Source: an uncultured Peptococcaceae bacterium (GTDB lineage Bacteria > Bacillota > Dehalobacteriia > UBA4068). Taken from it: a stretch of 54,227 nt of DNA. The stretch is taken from assembly GCA_964372025.1 (NCBI GenBank), contig CAYJPF010000004.1, forward strand, positions 1-54,227, in the 5' to 3' direction. The translations under genes and the position numbers were made by a program. The notes below the pieces were generated by a model. That model was not told the DNA's origin and did not search any database. It saw nothing but the letters and a program-made list of their open reading frames with translations. This document shows, one piece after another, positions 17,686 to 27,172 of the stretch; the first letter of the stretch is position 1; every line of letters begins with the position of its first letter.

Positions 17686-17714
17686 TTGACAATAGTAGCA
17701 AATGGTGATATAAT
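17686..17714 (+). promoter_or_regulatory. consensus sigma-A promoter of the GGDEF-EAL gene
   Basis: TTGACA (17686-17691), 17-nt spacer, TGaTATAAT extended -10 (TATAAT 17709-17714). This leaves a ~100-nt 5' UTR containing two AGTA(A/G)TAACTATT direct repeats. Confidence 0.6.
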
Positions 17715-17816
17715 TTGCTTAAAATAGTAATAACTATTGTTAGTAGTAACTATTCTTCTAACAATTAATTAAAATACAGTTATAAAGATCTTGAAGTAAA
17801 TATTGGGGGATAAGTT

Positions 17817-20800
17817 ATGTTTAGGAACCTTTTTTTAGTGGCCTTATTTTTGTGTACTCTTTTTTGGGGAGCAAGCTCTATAAGCAATATTGCTTATGCA
17901 CAGCAATTGCCAACGGCAGAAGAATTATCGGATATGAATATGGATCTGCTTAGGCAGCAAAACAATGGTGAATTGGCGCTATTAGCAGCACCGGCCTTAA
18001 AGGATAATATTATTACCGTCGGCTATAATGTAGGTGATAATATTATCGATCATCCTAATAATCCATCTAAAATGGGTTATGGCTATGAGATTTTAAAAAA
18101 AATTGAAGAGACTAGTGATTTAAGATTTGAGTTTGTAGAGCTGGAAAAAGATAGTTTTGAAGCATTAAGAAATGGCGAAATTGAATTAGCCGGCCTATTT
18201 TTTAATACAGATGAGCGAGAGGCCGAATTTGCCTATGCTCAAATTCCATTTAATGCTATTTTTATTACCCTTTCTACCAAGGATATGGATCATAATTTAC
18301 CCTATGGCGATCCGCAATCTTTAAATGGCAAAACAGTAGCCACTTATGAAGGCAATGCTGCCAATGCTATTTTAGATGATTATTTAAGGCTTAATAATAT
18401 CGAAGTAGAGTATATTATCAGCGATTTAGCCAATTATTTGAATGAGGAAGCCGATTTTTACTTAACTTTTTCGGCATCGCCCAATATCGAAAATCTTGAT
18501 TTTATTTTAAATTTAGGGCGCAAGCAAACATTTTTAGTAGCAAACCCCGAAAATCAGCAAATGCTTGATTTAATCGATCAGGCCATGCTTAAGCTGGTTA
18601 ATGAAGAAGGCTCATTTTTTTCCGAGCTGGAAACACACTACTATGAGCAAGTATTTCATAATATTCATCGCGATTTAACCTTAGAAGAAACAGAATTTAT
18701 TGAAAACAGAACATTTAGAGTAGGCTTTGTAGAAAATCATAATCCTTACAGCTATGTTGATGGAAGTGGCGAACCTAGCGGTGCAGTAGTAGAGTTAATA
18801 CAGCATATCAGCAGTATTTATGATTTTAATTTAGAGTTTATTCCTTATCGTTCAAAACTTGATGGCGGCAGTGGCCAAGCAGGTTATGATATTTTAATTT
18901 CGGCTTTGGGCGATTATACAACCGCTAGCGAAGAATATGATTTTACCCAATCATATTATGAACTGGATTTGGTAGCCATGGTGCCACAGCATATTTCGGA
19001 GCAATACCATACAGCTTCTGAAATTATTGATAATTCCCATAAAATTGGCATCTTGGATTATATGTATATTAGCGAATCTACGCTTAATCTAAATACAGAG
19101 TATCAGCAAATGAAAACGTATACAACTTTTGATGATTTGCTGGATGCTTATCAAAATGAAGAAATCGATATGGCGCTTTTTACCGAAAGTGGTATAACCT
19201 ATGCTAATGCCTATTTTGATGATAGTAATAATTATGTTTTTGCGCCCGGCTATGAGTTAAACTTTCACTTTGGCATATCCAAAAATATGCCCGAGCAAGT
19301 TTTGCCAATATTTAATATTATGTTCGATAATATAACCGATCGTAAATATGAAGATATTTTGGTTAGCCATACCTCGGTATTTTTCCCGGAATATTCCTTA
19401 TGGCAGTATCTGCAAAAATATTGGTATCATGGAATAATTATATTGGTACTAATTATCAGTATAATTGTTTTTAAGGCCTATCATGATCAAAAACGTAAAC
19501 GAATTATGATAGTAGAAGCCTATAATACCGATAGTTTAACCGGCCTTAAATCTAATGCTCTTTTCCTTAAAGAAGCAGCCGAAATTATCGAAAAGGCCCA
19601 GCCCGGCGAATATGAATTGATTAGCTTTGATATCGATATGTTCCGTTCGATCAATAATTATTATAGTGTAGAAACCGGCACGGCGGTAATTATCAGTATA
19701 GCCAGAGCCTTAGACGAGGCCTTTAAAGGGTCATCAACAATTTATGCCCGTGATGGCATCGATATATTTGCAATTTTAAGAAGAAAAGATGAAGGTGGCT
19801 CTTTACGCACAATCTATACTAATTATATTTTGCCTAAAATACAAGAGATAATTGGCGATCGCTATAATTTAAGTGCCTCTTTTGGCTATGTTATTATCGA
19901 GGATTGTTCCGAAAAATTAGTAAATCTTGCCGCCCATGCCGATGCAGCTCGTGTGTCCGGCAAAAAGAAACATAAAACTACTTTTATTCAATTCGATCAG
20001 GAAATGCGCGAGGCCTATAATAATAAGTTGCGCCTAACCTTTAGAATGGAACAAGCCATGAAAGATGGCGAATTTATGGTGCATTATCAGCCTAAAATCG
20101 ACCTGCTTAAAGATAAAATTGGCGGTGCCGAGGCCTTAATTCGCTGGTATCCTAAACTGGGTAAGCCAATTTATCCTAATGAATTTATCGGTGTTTTTGA
20201 AGAAAATGGCTTTATTGCAGCTATCGATTTATATGTGGTAGATCAGGTTGCTCGCTTTATTAAGGCTAATCAAAACAAAATCAAAATTCCGGTGATATCG
20301 GTAAACTTATCGGCAATTACGATTATGGAAAATAAGGTGGTAAGTGATATTATCCGCATTTTAGATTCGCATGGTGTAGAGCGTAATCGCATCGAAATCG
20401 AAATTACCGAAAGTGCCATTTTATCTTCCGAGGATAAATTCTTGATGGTTATCAATCAATTTAAAAAGGCCGGTTTTACAATTTCTTTAGACGATTTTGG
20501 CAAGGGGGTTTCTTCTTTAAACCGTCTTAGCAATATTGATGTAGATGTTTTAAAGCTAGACGAAGCCTTTATTGATATTAGCGAAAATGTCGAAAAAACC
20601 GCTATTGTGGTGCGTGATGTAATTTCGCTGGCCAAGCATTTAAAGATGAAAACCGTAGCCGAAGGTGTAGAAACTTATGAACAGGCTCGCTGGTTAAAAT
20701 TGCTTAATTGTGAGTATGCTCAGGGCTATTATTTTGCCAAACCCATGCCCGAAGAAGATTTTAAACAAGCACTTATTGCCGATAAGGATTATATTATCGA

Positions 20801-20819
20801 TAAAATGCAGGCTTCCTAA
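17817..20819 (+). CDS. membrane sensor: two periplasmic SBP-family-3-like domains, TM, degenerate GGDEF, EAL phosphodiesterase
   Basis: Signal peptide, then two ~230-aa solute-binding-like lobes and a TM helix (IIILVLIISIIVF). The GGDEF domain starts DSLTGLKSN but its active site reads RDGIDIF instead of RxGGDEF. The EAL domain keeps EALIRW, SVNLS, EITES, DDFGKG, KLD, AEGVE and QGYYFAKP. Confidence 0.85.
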   Translation: MFRNLFLVALFLCTLFWGASSISNIAYAQQLPTAEELSDMNMDLLRQQNNGELALLAAPALKDNIITVGYNVGDNIIDHPNNPSKMGYGYEILKKIEETSDLRFEFVELEKDSFEALRNGEIELAGLFFNTDEREAEFAYAQIPFNAIFITLSTKDMDHNLPYGDPQSLNGKTVATYEGNAANAILDDYLRLNNIEVEYIISDLANYLNEEADFYLTFSASPNIENLDFILNLGRKQTFLVANPENQQMLDLIDQAMLKLVNEEGSFFSELETHYYEQVFHNIHRDLTLEETEFIENRTFRVGFVENHNPYSYVDGSGEPSGAVVELIQHISSIYDFNLEFIPYRSKLDGGSGQAGYDILISALGDYTTASEEYDFTQSYYELDLVAMVPQHISEQYHTASEIIDNSHKIGILDYMYISESTLNLNTEYQQMKTYTTFDDLLDAYQNEEIDMALFTESGITYANAYFDDSNNYVFAPGYELNFHFGISKNMPEQVLPIFNIMFDNITDRKYEDILVSHTSVFFPEYSLWQYLQKYWYHGIIILVLIISIIVFKAYHDQKRKRIMIVEAYNTDSLTGLKSNALFLKEAAEIIEKAQPGEYELISFDIDMFRSINNYYSVETGTAVIISIARALDEAFKGSSTIYARDGIDIFAILRRKDEGGSLRTIYTNYILPKIQEIIGDRYNLSASFGYVIIEDCSEKLVNLAAHADAARVSGKKKHKTTFIQFDQEMREAYNNKLRLTFRMEQAMKDGEFMVHYQPKIDLLKDKIGGAEALIRWYPKLGKPIYPNEFIGVFEENGFIAAIDLYVVDQVARFIKANQNKIKIPVISVNLSAITIMENKVVSDIIRILDSHGVERNRIEIEITESAILSSEDKFLMVINQFKKAGFTISLDDFGKGVSSLNRLSNIDVDVLKLDEAFIDISENVEKTAIVVRDVISLAKHLKMKTVAEGVETYEQARWLKLLNCEYAQGYYFAKPMPEEDFKQALIADKDYIIDKMQAS

Positions 20820-20824
20820 ATTCT

Positions 20825-20870
20825 AAAAATTGCTATCTTAGCACCTTAGCTGCTAAGATAGCAATTTTTT
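20825..20870. terminator. bidirectional intrinsic terminator between convergent genes
   Basis: 14-bp perfect stem ATTGCTATCTTAGC / GCTAAGATAGCAAT flanked by A5 and T6. Confidence 0.85.
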
Positions 20871-20879
20871 AATCCAATA

Positions 20880-21614
20880 TTATAATTTGATTGGCAATAA
20901 ATGATAATATTGGCTGCGGCGATTGATATTTGTTAATAAAGCAAGTTGATTTTTTTTATCCTCATATTTTTTTGCCAATAATAGGGCTTCGGCCAGATAA
21001 GCTTCGATTATTTTGTCATTGGCCGTAATTGCCTGTTTAGCCCAGTTTTGCCAAATATAAATATCCTTGGCCTCAAATAATAATTCTTGCTGCTCGGGTG
21101 CCAAAACCACAAAAGATGATGGCCTAGGCTCTGTGCTTTCTTCTACAATTAGGCCGTTTTCGCGGTAAATAAGTTTGGCTAAGGCGGCTCTTCTTAAAGG
21201 ATCTTGGCCATAAATATGCAATTGCTTAATTAAAGGTGCTAAAAATCGGGCGGCTAGGCAGCAGATGCTATCATCGGCATTTAAACTAAAACTATCCTTG
21301 CGCCAGCCGGGGCAATCATAATCCAAAGAATTTGGCAATACCGCCAGCGCATATAAGCGACCATTGGCTATACTAAGGGGCTGATTATTTACTTTGGCCG
21401 CCATTTGCGGCGCCATAGCCATTACACTACAGCCACTTTTAACAGCAGTTTTAAAACAGCGCTTTAAAGGGCCTGCTTTGGCAGCCCCGCTATAGGTAAT
21501 TACTTTTAAATTATAATCTTTAAATGGCCAAATTTCGATGCCTTCGCTTTTATAATTTTGTCTTAAAAGATTATTTCTGGTTTTTATTAAACCAATATCA
21601 GCCAGTTCCACCAT
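20880..21614 (-). CDS. hypothetical protein (244 aa), no recognisable motif
   Basis: Long ORF with SD AAAGGGG 7 nt before the ATG and codon usage like its neighbours. It shares the terminator at 20825-20870. I recognise no family. Confidence 0.6.
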   Translation of the reverse strand: MVELADIGLIKTRNNLLRQNYKSEGIEIWPFKDYNLKVITYSGAAKAGPLKRCFKTAVKSGCSVMAMAPQMAAKVNNQPLSIANGRLYALAVLPNSLDYDCPGWRKDSFSLNADDSICCLAARFLAPLIKQLHIYGQDPLRRAALAKLIYRENGLIVEESTEPRPSSFVVLAPEQQELLFEAKDIYIWQNWAKQAITANDKIIEAYLAEALLLAKKYEDKKNQLALLTNINRRSQYYHLLPIKL

Positions 21615-21695
21615 TATTTTGCCCCTTTATTTTTTGCTATATAAATTATATGTTGCAAAAATTTAATTTAGAACAGTTTTTATCAATTATTAAGC

Positions 21696-21725
21696 TTGAC
21701 AAAGCAGCTATCTAGGAATTATAAT
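21696..21725 (+). promoter_or_regulatory. putative sigma-A promoter of greA-lysS
   Basis: TTGACA (21696-21701), 18-nt spacer, TATAAT (21720-21725). Confidence 0.5.
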
Positions 21726-21782
21726 AATTAGATATGGTAATAATTATAAATATCATCGACAAGAATTTGGAGGAAAAAAACT

Positions 21783-22259
21783 ATGGCGGAAAAAGACATT
21801 CTTATTACTAAAGAAGGCTTACAGAATATGGAGCAAGAGCTCGATCATCTAAAAACGGTGCGCCGCAAAGAGGTTGCCTCGCGGATTAAGCAAGCAATCG
21901 AATTTGGTGATATCAGCGAAAACTCCGAATACGAAGATGCCAAAAATGAACAAGCCTTTATTGAAGGTACTATCTTAAACCTGGAAAAGAAATTAAAAAA
22001 TGCCCGCGTAGTTGATGATAGTAATGTTAATACCGATATCGTATCCGAATATAGCACCGTTACTGTGCTTAATTTGCTTACCGACGAAGTTTTAACTTTT
22101 CAGATTGTAGGTTCGGTAGAGGCCAAACCTTTTGAAGGCAAAATTTCTAATGAAAGCCCGGTTGGTAAAGCGCTTTTAGGCCATGCCGTAGGCGAAGAAG
22201 TTACCTTTACTGTGCCGGCCGGCGAAAGTAAATTATTAATTAAAGATATCCAAAAATAG
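21783..22259 (+). CDS. greA: transcription elongation factor GreA
   Basis: 158 aa with a coiled-coil N-terminus (ITKEGLQNMEQELDHLK, acidic tip GDISENSEYEDAK) and a C-terminal globular domain (ISNESPVGKALLG). Confidence 0.93.
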   Translation: MAEKDILITKEGLQNMEQELDHLKTVRRKEVASRIKQAIEFGDISENSEYEDAKNEQAFIEGTILNLEKKLKNARVVDDSNVNTDIVSEYSTVTVLNLLTDEVLTFQIVGSVEAKPFEGKISNESPVGKALLGHAVGEEVTFTVPAGESKLLIKDIQK

Positions 22260-23753
<1,494 letters not shown>

Positions 23754-23854
23754 AAAGTTTTACTCAATTTTTTACAAAAAATTGCGGGGTTATAGGGGCA
23801 GAGCCCCTAGCGTAAAAGGACTTGATGGGTTCAAGTCCTTTTACGCTATAAAGC

Positions 23855-23883
23855 AAAGGCTGCGACAATTTGTCGCAGCCTTT
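23855..23883 (+). terminator. hairpin/terminator after lysS (last of four consecutive hairpins, 23765-23883)
   Basis: Palindrome AAAGGCTGCGACAA-t-TTGTCGCAGCCTTT with a short T-run. Preceded by perfect hairpins at 23765-23784, 23794-23808 and 23809-23847 (17-bp stem). Confidence 0.5.
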
Positions 23884-23901
23884 GTAAACTAAGGAGCAAA
23901 T

Positions 23902-24561
23902 ATGAATATAAAAGAAATTCTAAGCAAAGTAGACCATACCCAATTAGCACCGGAAACCACCTGGCAAAACATCAAAGATTTATGCGATGATGCCCAAAAA
24001 TACCAAGTAGCAACGGTATGCATCCCGGCCAGCTATCTTAAGCAGGCCAAAGCTTATAGCAAAATTAAATTATGCACCGTAATTGGCTTCCCTAATGGCT
24101 ATTCGCTAACCGAAATTAAATGCGCCGAAGCCAAAGCCGCCATCAATGATGGCGCCCGAGAAATTGATATGGTTATCAATATCGGTGCCTTAAAAGACCA
24201 AAATTATCAACTGGTTCTGGAGGAAATCAAAGCGGTAAAAGCAACCTGCGCCGATCATATCCTCAAAGTAATCATCGAAACTTGCCTGCTAAACGACGCC
24301 GAAAAAATCAAAGCCTGCCAAATCATCAATGATTCGGGTGCCGATTTTATTAAAACCTCAACCGGCATGTCTAAAGGCGGTGCCACTTTTGAAGATATCA
24401 GCTTATTCAAAAAACATATCAACCCCAAGCTGGGCATTAAAGCAGCAGGCGGCATAGCAAGCTTAGCCGATGCCGAGCAATTTATCAAGCTGGGAGCTAG
24501 CCGCTTAGGCACCAGCCGCATTATCAAAATCCTTAAAAATCAAGGCGCAGAGGGCTATTAA
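23902..24561 (+). CDS. deoC: deoxyribose-phosphate aldolase
   Basis: 219 aa DeoC with blocks [32 protein letters not shown] and IKAAGGI. SD AAGGAG. Confidence 0.9.
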   Translation: MNIKEILSKVDHTQLAPETTWQNIKDLCDDAQKYQVATVCIPASYLKQAKAYSKIKLCTVIGFPNGYSLTEIKCAEAKAAINDGAREIDMVINIGALKDQNYQLVLEEIKAVKATCADHILKVIIETCLLNDAEKIKACQIINDSGADFIKTSTGMSKGGATFEDISLFKKHINPKLGIKAAGGIASLADAEQFIKLGASRLGTSRIIKILKNQGAEGY

Positions 24562-25790
24562 CTGCGAATTAAAGGCATAGTCATACAACGCGGGCCACCA
24601 CGCCCACGCGATAGTTCCGAGCTGGCAATTTTGATAACCTCGATATCGTTTTTCTCCAAAATGGCATTGGTAATGGTATTGCGATCATAAACCACCACCT
24701 TGCCGGGAGCGATGGCCAGGGTATTAGCGCCATCATTCCATTGCTCACGCGCGGCAGCCACCTGATCATTGCCGCCGCAAGGGATTAAAATGATACGCTC
24801 TAAATCCAAAATTTGCTTTAAAACCATGCTTAGATTTTCTCGATAATGCTCCACCCGATAGCGGCCGCTATCATCAATTTTATGCAGCCCATAAATTTGC
24901 AGACTATTTAATATGCCGGGATGAATGGTAAATTTATTAACGTCTACCTGGGTAAATACTGTATCCAGATGCATATAGGCCCGCAAATCGGGTATATCCA
25001 AAGCCAAAATAGTTGTTACCGAACTTAAAGGATTGCTAAATAAATTTTGAGCCAAAATTTCGATGGCTTCGGGGCAGGTTCTTTGCGATAAACCAATCGC
25101 CAAGACCTGCTCATTTAAATTTAAAATATCGCCGCCTTCGATGCTAAAAGGATTATCATTATCATAAAAAAGTGGCGTTTTTTGAGCATAATCGGGATGA
25201 TATTTAAAAATATAACGGCTAAAAATAGTTTCGCGGTTGCGGGTAAGGGCATGCATATGATTTAGGCTTACCCCCTGGCCAATGGCCGCAAAAGGGTCGC
25301 GGGTAAAGTATAAATTAGGGATAGGGGCGCAAATAAACTGCTGCTTATAATCGAGCCGCTCGCTTAAAATGCCCGGCTTTAAATCGGGAAAAAGCTTATA
25401 AAATTCCTCCAGGTGAATACCGCTCATTGTTTTAAAAACAAATTGACGGCAATCTTTAATATCGGCCAAAAACTCACTTAAATAAGGCTGATAATGGCGG
25501 GCAATATAGCCGGATTTATTAATAAATTCTTCGATAAACTGCTCTTTTACCTGCTGAGATTGGCTTAAAGCCTCGCAGGTTAAATCGGCTAAATAAACAG
25601 TTTGTGCGCCATGGGCGCTTAGGGCCTGGGCAAATTGATCATGCTCTTTTTGGGCAGCGGCTAAATAGGGGATATCATCGAATAATAATTGCTCTAGGGA
25701 ATCGGGAGTTAATTGCTCTAATTCGCTACCCGGTCGATGCAAAAGTACCTTTTGCAAGCTATTAATTTCGCTTTTAACATTGATAGTCAT
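24558..25790 (-). CDS. arcA: arginine deiminase
   Basis: 410 aa. N-terminus [15 protein letters not shown], then FTRDP, HLDTVF, and the C-terminal catalytic-Cys block [21 protein letters not shown]. Confidence 0.9.
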   Translation of the reverse strand: MTINVKSEINSLQKVLLHRPGSELEQLTPDSLEQLLFDDIPYLAAAQKEHDQFAQALSAHGAQTVYLADLTCEALSQSQQVKEQFIEEFINKSGYIARHYQPYLSEFLADIKDCRQFVFKTMSGIHLEEFYKLFPDLKPGILSERLDYKQQFICAPIPNLYFTRDPFAAIGQGVSLNHMHALTRNRETIFSRYIFKYHPDYAQKTPLFYDNDNPFSIEGGDILNLNEQVLAIGLSQRTCPEAIEILAQNLFSNPLSSVTTILALDIPDLRAYMHLDTVFTQVDVNKFTIHPGILNSLQIYGLHKIDDSGRYRVEHYRENLSMVLKQILDLERIILIPCGGNDQVAAAREQWNDGANTLAIAPGKVVVYDRNTITNAILEKNDIEVIKIASSELSRGRGGPRCMTMPLIRS

Positions 25791-25886
25791 TTTTTACTCC
25801 TTATAATTGCCACTTAATCTATTGTAAGAATAATTCAACTTTTTATGCCACTTCTCCTTTATTATACCGCAACCGCCCCAAGGTTT

Positions 25887-25922
25887 AAAAAAAACTACTA
25901 CAAACCATAATGTTTGTAGTAG
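25887..25922 (-). terminator. intrinsic terminator of the sortase gene (minus strand)
   Basis: 11-bp stem CTACTACAAAC / GTTTGTAGTAG, with A8 on the plus strand (U8 after the hairpin on the minus-strand transcript). Confidence 0.8.
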
Positions 25923-25952
25923 CTTTTAAGGAGTAAGAATGAAATTTTCTAT

Positions 25953-26873
25953 TTATTCGGCATTGGCAATTGTTCCCTGACTATTTTCGGCTTGGGCTAG
26001 AAACTCAAAATTGTCATCATGGGGGAATATTTGATCCAAACTGCCTCTAACTACAATGCGATGCGATCCAATACCTATCGGTGTGCAAGAGGTTAATGTT
26101 AAGCAGGAAAAACCTTGGCTTTTAATGATATCCCAGTTATCGGCCTCAACCACGCTTTGATCTAAATAAGTGTAACGATAAATTTGCTCGCCATCGCTTA
26201 AATACATATAATCGCCATCGGTTAAGGTATCGATATAATAAAAGGGAGCATTATCGGTAATTACACCGCCATAGCTGGTATTACGATGCGCAGCTAGGCT
26301 AACATTACGATTGCCTTCGCCGGGCAATTGTGCATAATCATAAAGGCCAACACCTTGATTTAAAGTTTCGTCTTCTACATTAGCGTATATCGACCAGCTA
26401 TCTTCAAGCTTAGGGATAATTAAGGTTAAATCACCTTCTTGATAATGTTGACGCTCTACGGTGATAAAAAATTTATCATGAGGCAAATTGTCTTCAATAA
26501 TTTCCTCTTCTTCCGAAGCTTGCTCAACAAGAATTTCTTCGATATCCGCAGTTAAAGGCAATGGGATTTCGTTAATTGTTATGGTATCTTGGTTGGCTGC
26601 TACTTGGCTGGTTTGCTGATAATCCTTCCACACCGCATAACCATATACCGCAAAAGCAAATATCGAAAAGGCAAGGAGGGTGCTGCATACAATACGCGTG
26701 ATTTTTAGGAAAAAATATTTCCAGGATTCAAAATAGGTTTCTTGATTATTGTCATCGTCAAGATCTTGACTATCTTCACAATCTTGATCTAAAATTTCTT
26801 CGCTTAGATAAGTTTCTTCCCTGATTTCCAGGAGTTCAATTTTTTCAAATTTACCCATCGGTGTATACTCCAT
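25953..26873 (-). CDS. sortase-family transpeptidase with acidic N-terminal extension and TM anchor
   Basis: Catalytic motifs LAAHRN (His) and LTLTSCTP (TLxTC Cys) plus a downstream Arg (HRIVVRG). TM helix ~aa 60-82. An alternative start at 26858 (MGKFEK) has the better SD (GGAG, 8-nt spacing). Confidence 0.8.
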   Translation of the reverse strand: MEYTPMGKFEKIELLEIREETYLSEEILDQDCEDSQDLDDDNNQETYFESWKYFFLKITRIVCSTLLAFSIFAFAVYGYAVWKDYQQTSQVAANQDTITINEIPLPLTADIEEILVEQASEEEEIIEDNLPHDKFFITVERQHYQEGDLTLIIPKLEDSWSIYANVEDETLNQGVGLYDYAQLPGEGNRNVSLAAHRNTSYGGVITDNAPFYYIDTLTDGDYMYLSDGEQIYRYTYLDQSVVEADNWDIIKSQGFSCLTLTSCTPIGIGSHRIVVRGSLDQIFPHDDNFEFLAQAENSQGTIANAE

Positions 26874-27085
26874 TTCTATAGTTTAGTTAGTTGCTTAAAT
26901 TATTATTTGCTGTAAAGCATCATATTTATTTAGCTTATATCAATATTATAACAGACTTTGGTTACATTTCGGTTACATTTTGCATTTTTTTTACATTTTT
27001 TTTATTAATTTGTTAATTTTTTTTGATAAACAAAAAAATGGCAAATTTTTGATTTAAAAAAATTAATTGTAAAGTAGATTAGTAC

Positions 27086-27114
27086 TTGCCAAAACGGCAT
27101 TTTTAGCGCATAAT
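27086..27114 (+). promoter_or_regulatory. putative promoter of the 27173-34346 operon
   Basis: TTGCCA (27086-27091), 17-nt spacer, CATAAT (27109-27114), in an AT-rich divergent intergenic region. Confidence 0.35.
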
Positions 27115-27172
27115 ATAAAGTAGAGTTTATTTTCTTACTTATATAATATAATTTTTTTGAAAGGGCAAGAGA

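Noticed and set aside
21524-21715. 63-aa plus-strand ORF spanning the start of the 244-aa gene and the greA promoter region
   Set aside because: It overlaps the SD and start of the minus-strand gene, is AT-rich and low-complexity, has no SD, and is interrupted by the greA promoter elements.
23795-23807. 13-mer GGGGCAGAGCCCC shared by the lysS-deoC (23795-23807) and Nudix-ilvA (49458-49470) intergenic regions
   Set aside because: My rough estimate is that dozens of chance 13-mer coincidences are expected in 54 kb on both strands. The flanks do not align, so this is not evidence of a repeat family on its own.
23818-23838. GGACTTGATGGGTTCAAGTCC resembling a tRNA T-arm (GGTTCAAGTCC)
   Set aside because: It is simply the tip of a 17-bp perfect hairpin. 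No acceptor, D or anticodon arms can be drawn around it.
25939-25980. 13-aa plus-strand ORF (MKFSIYSALAIVP) with AAGGAG SD
   Set aside because: It lies antisense to the sortase stop region, immediately next to that gene's terminator. It is very short and has no supporting features.
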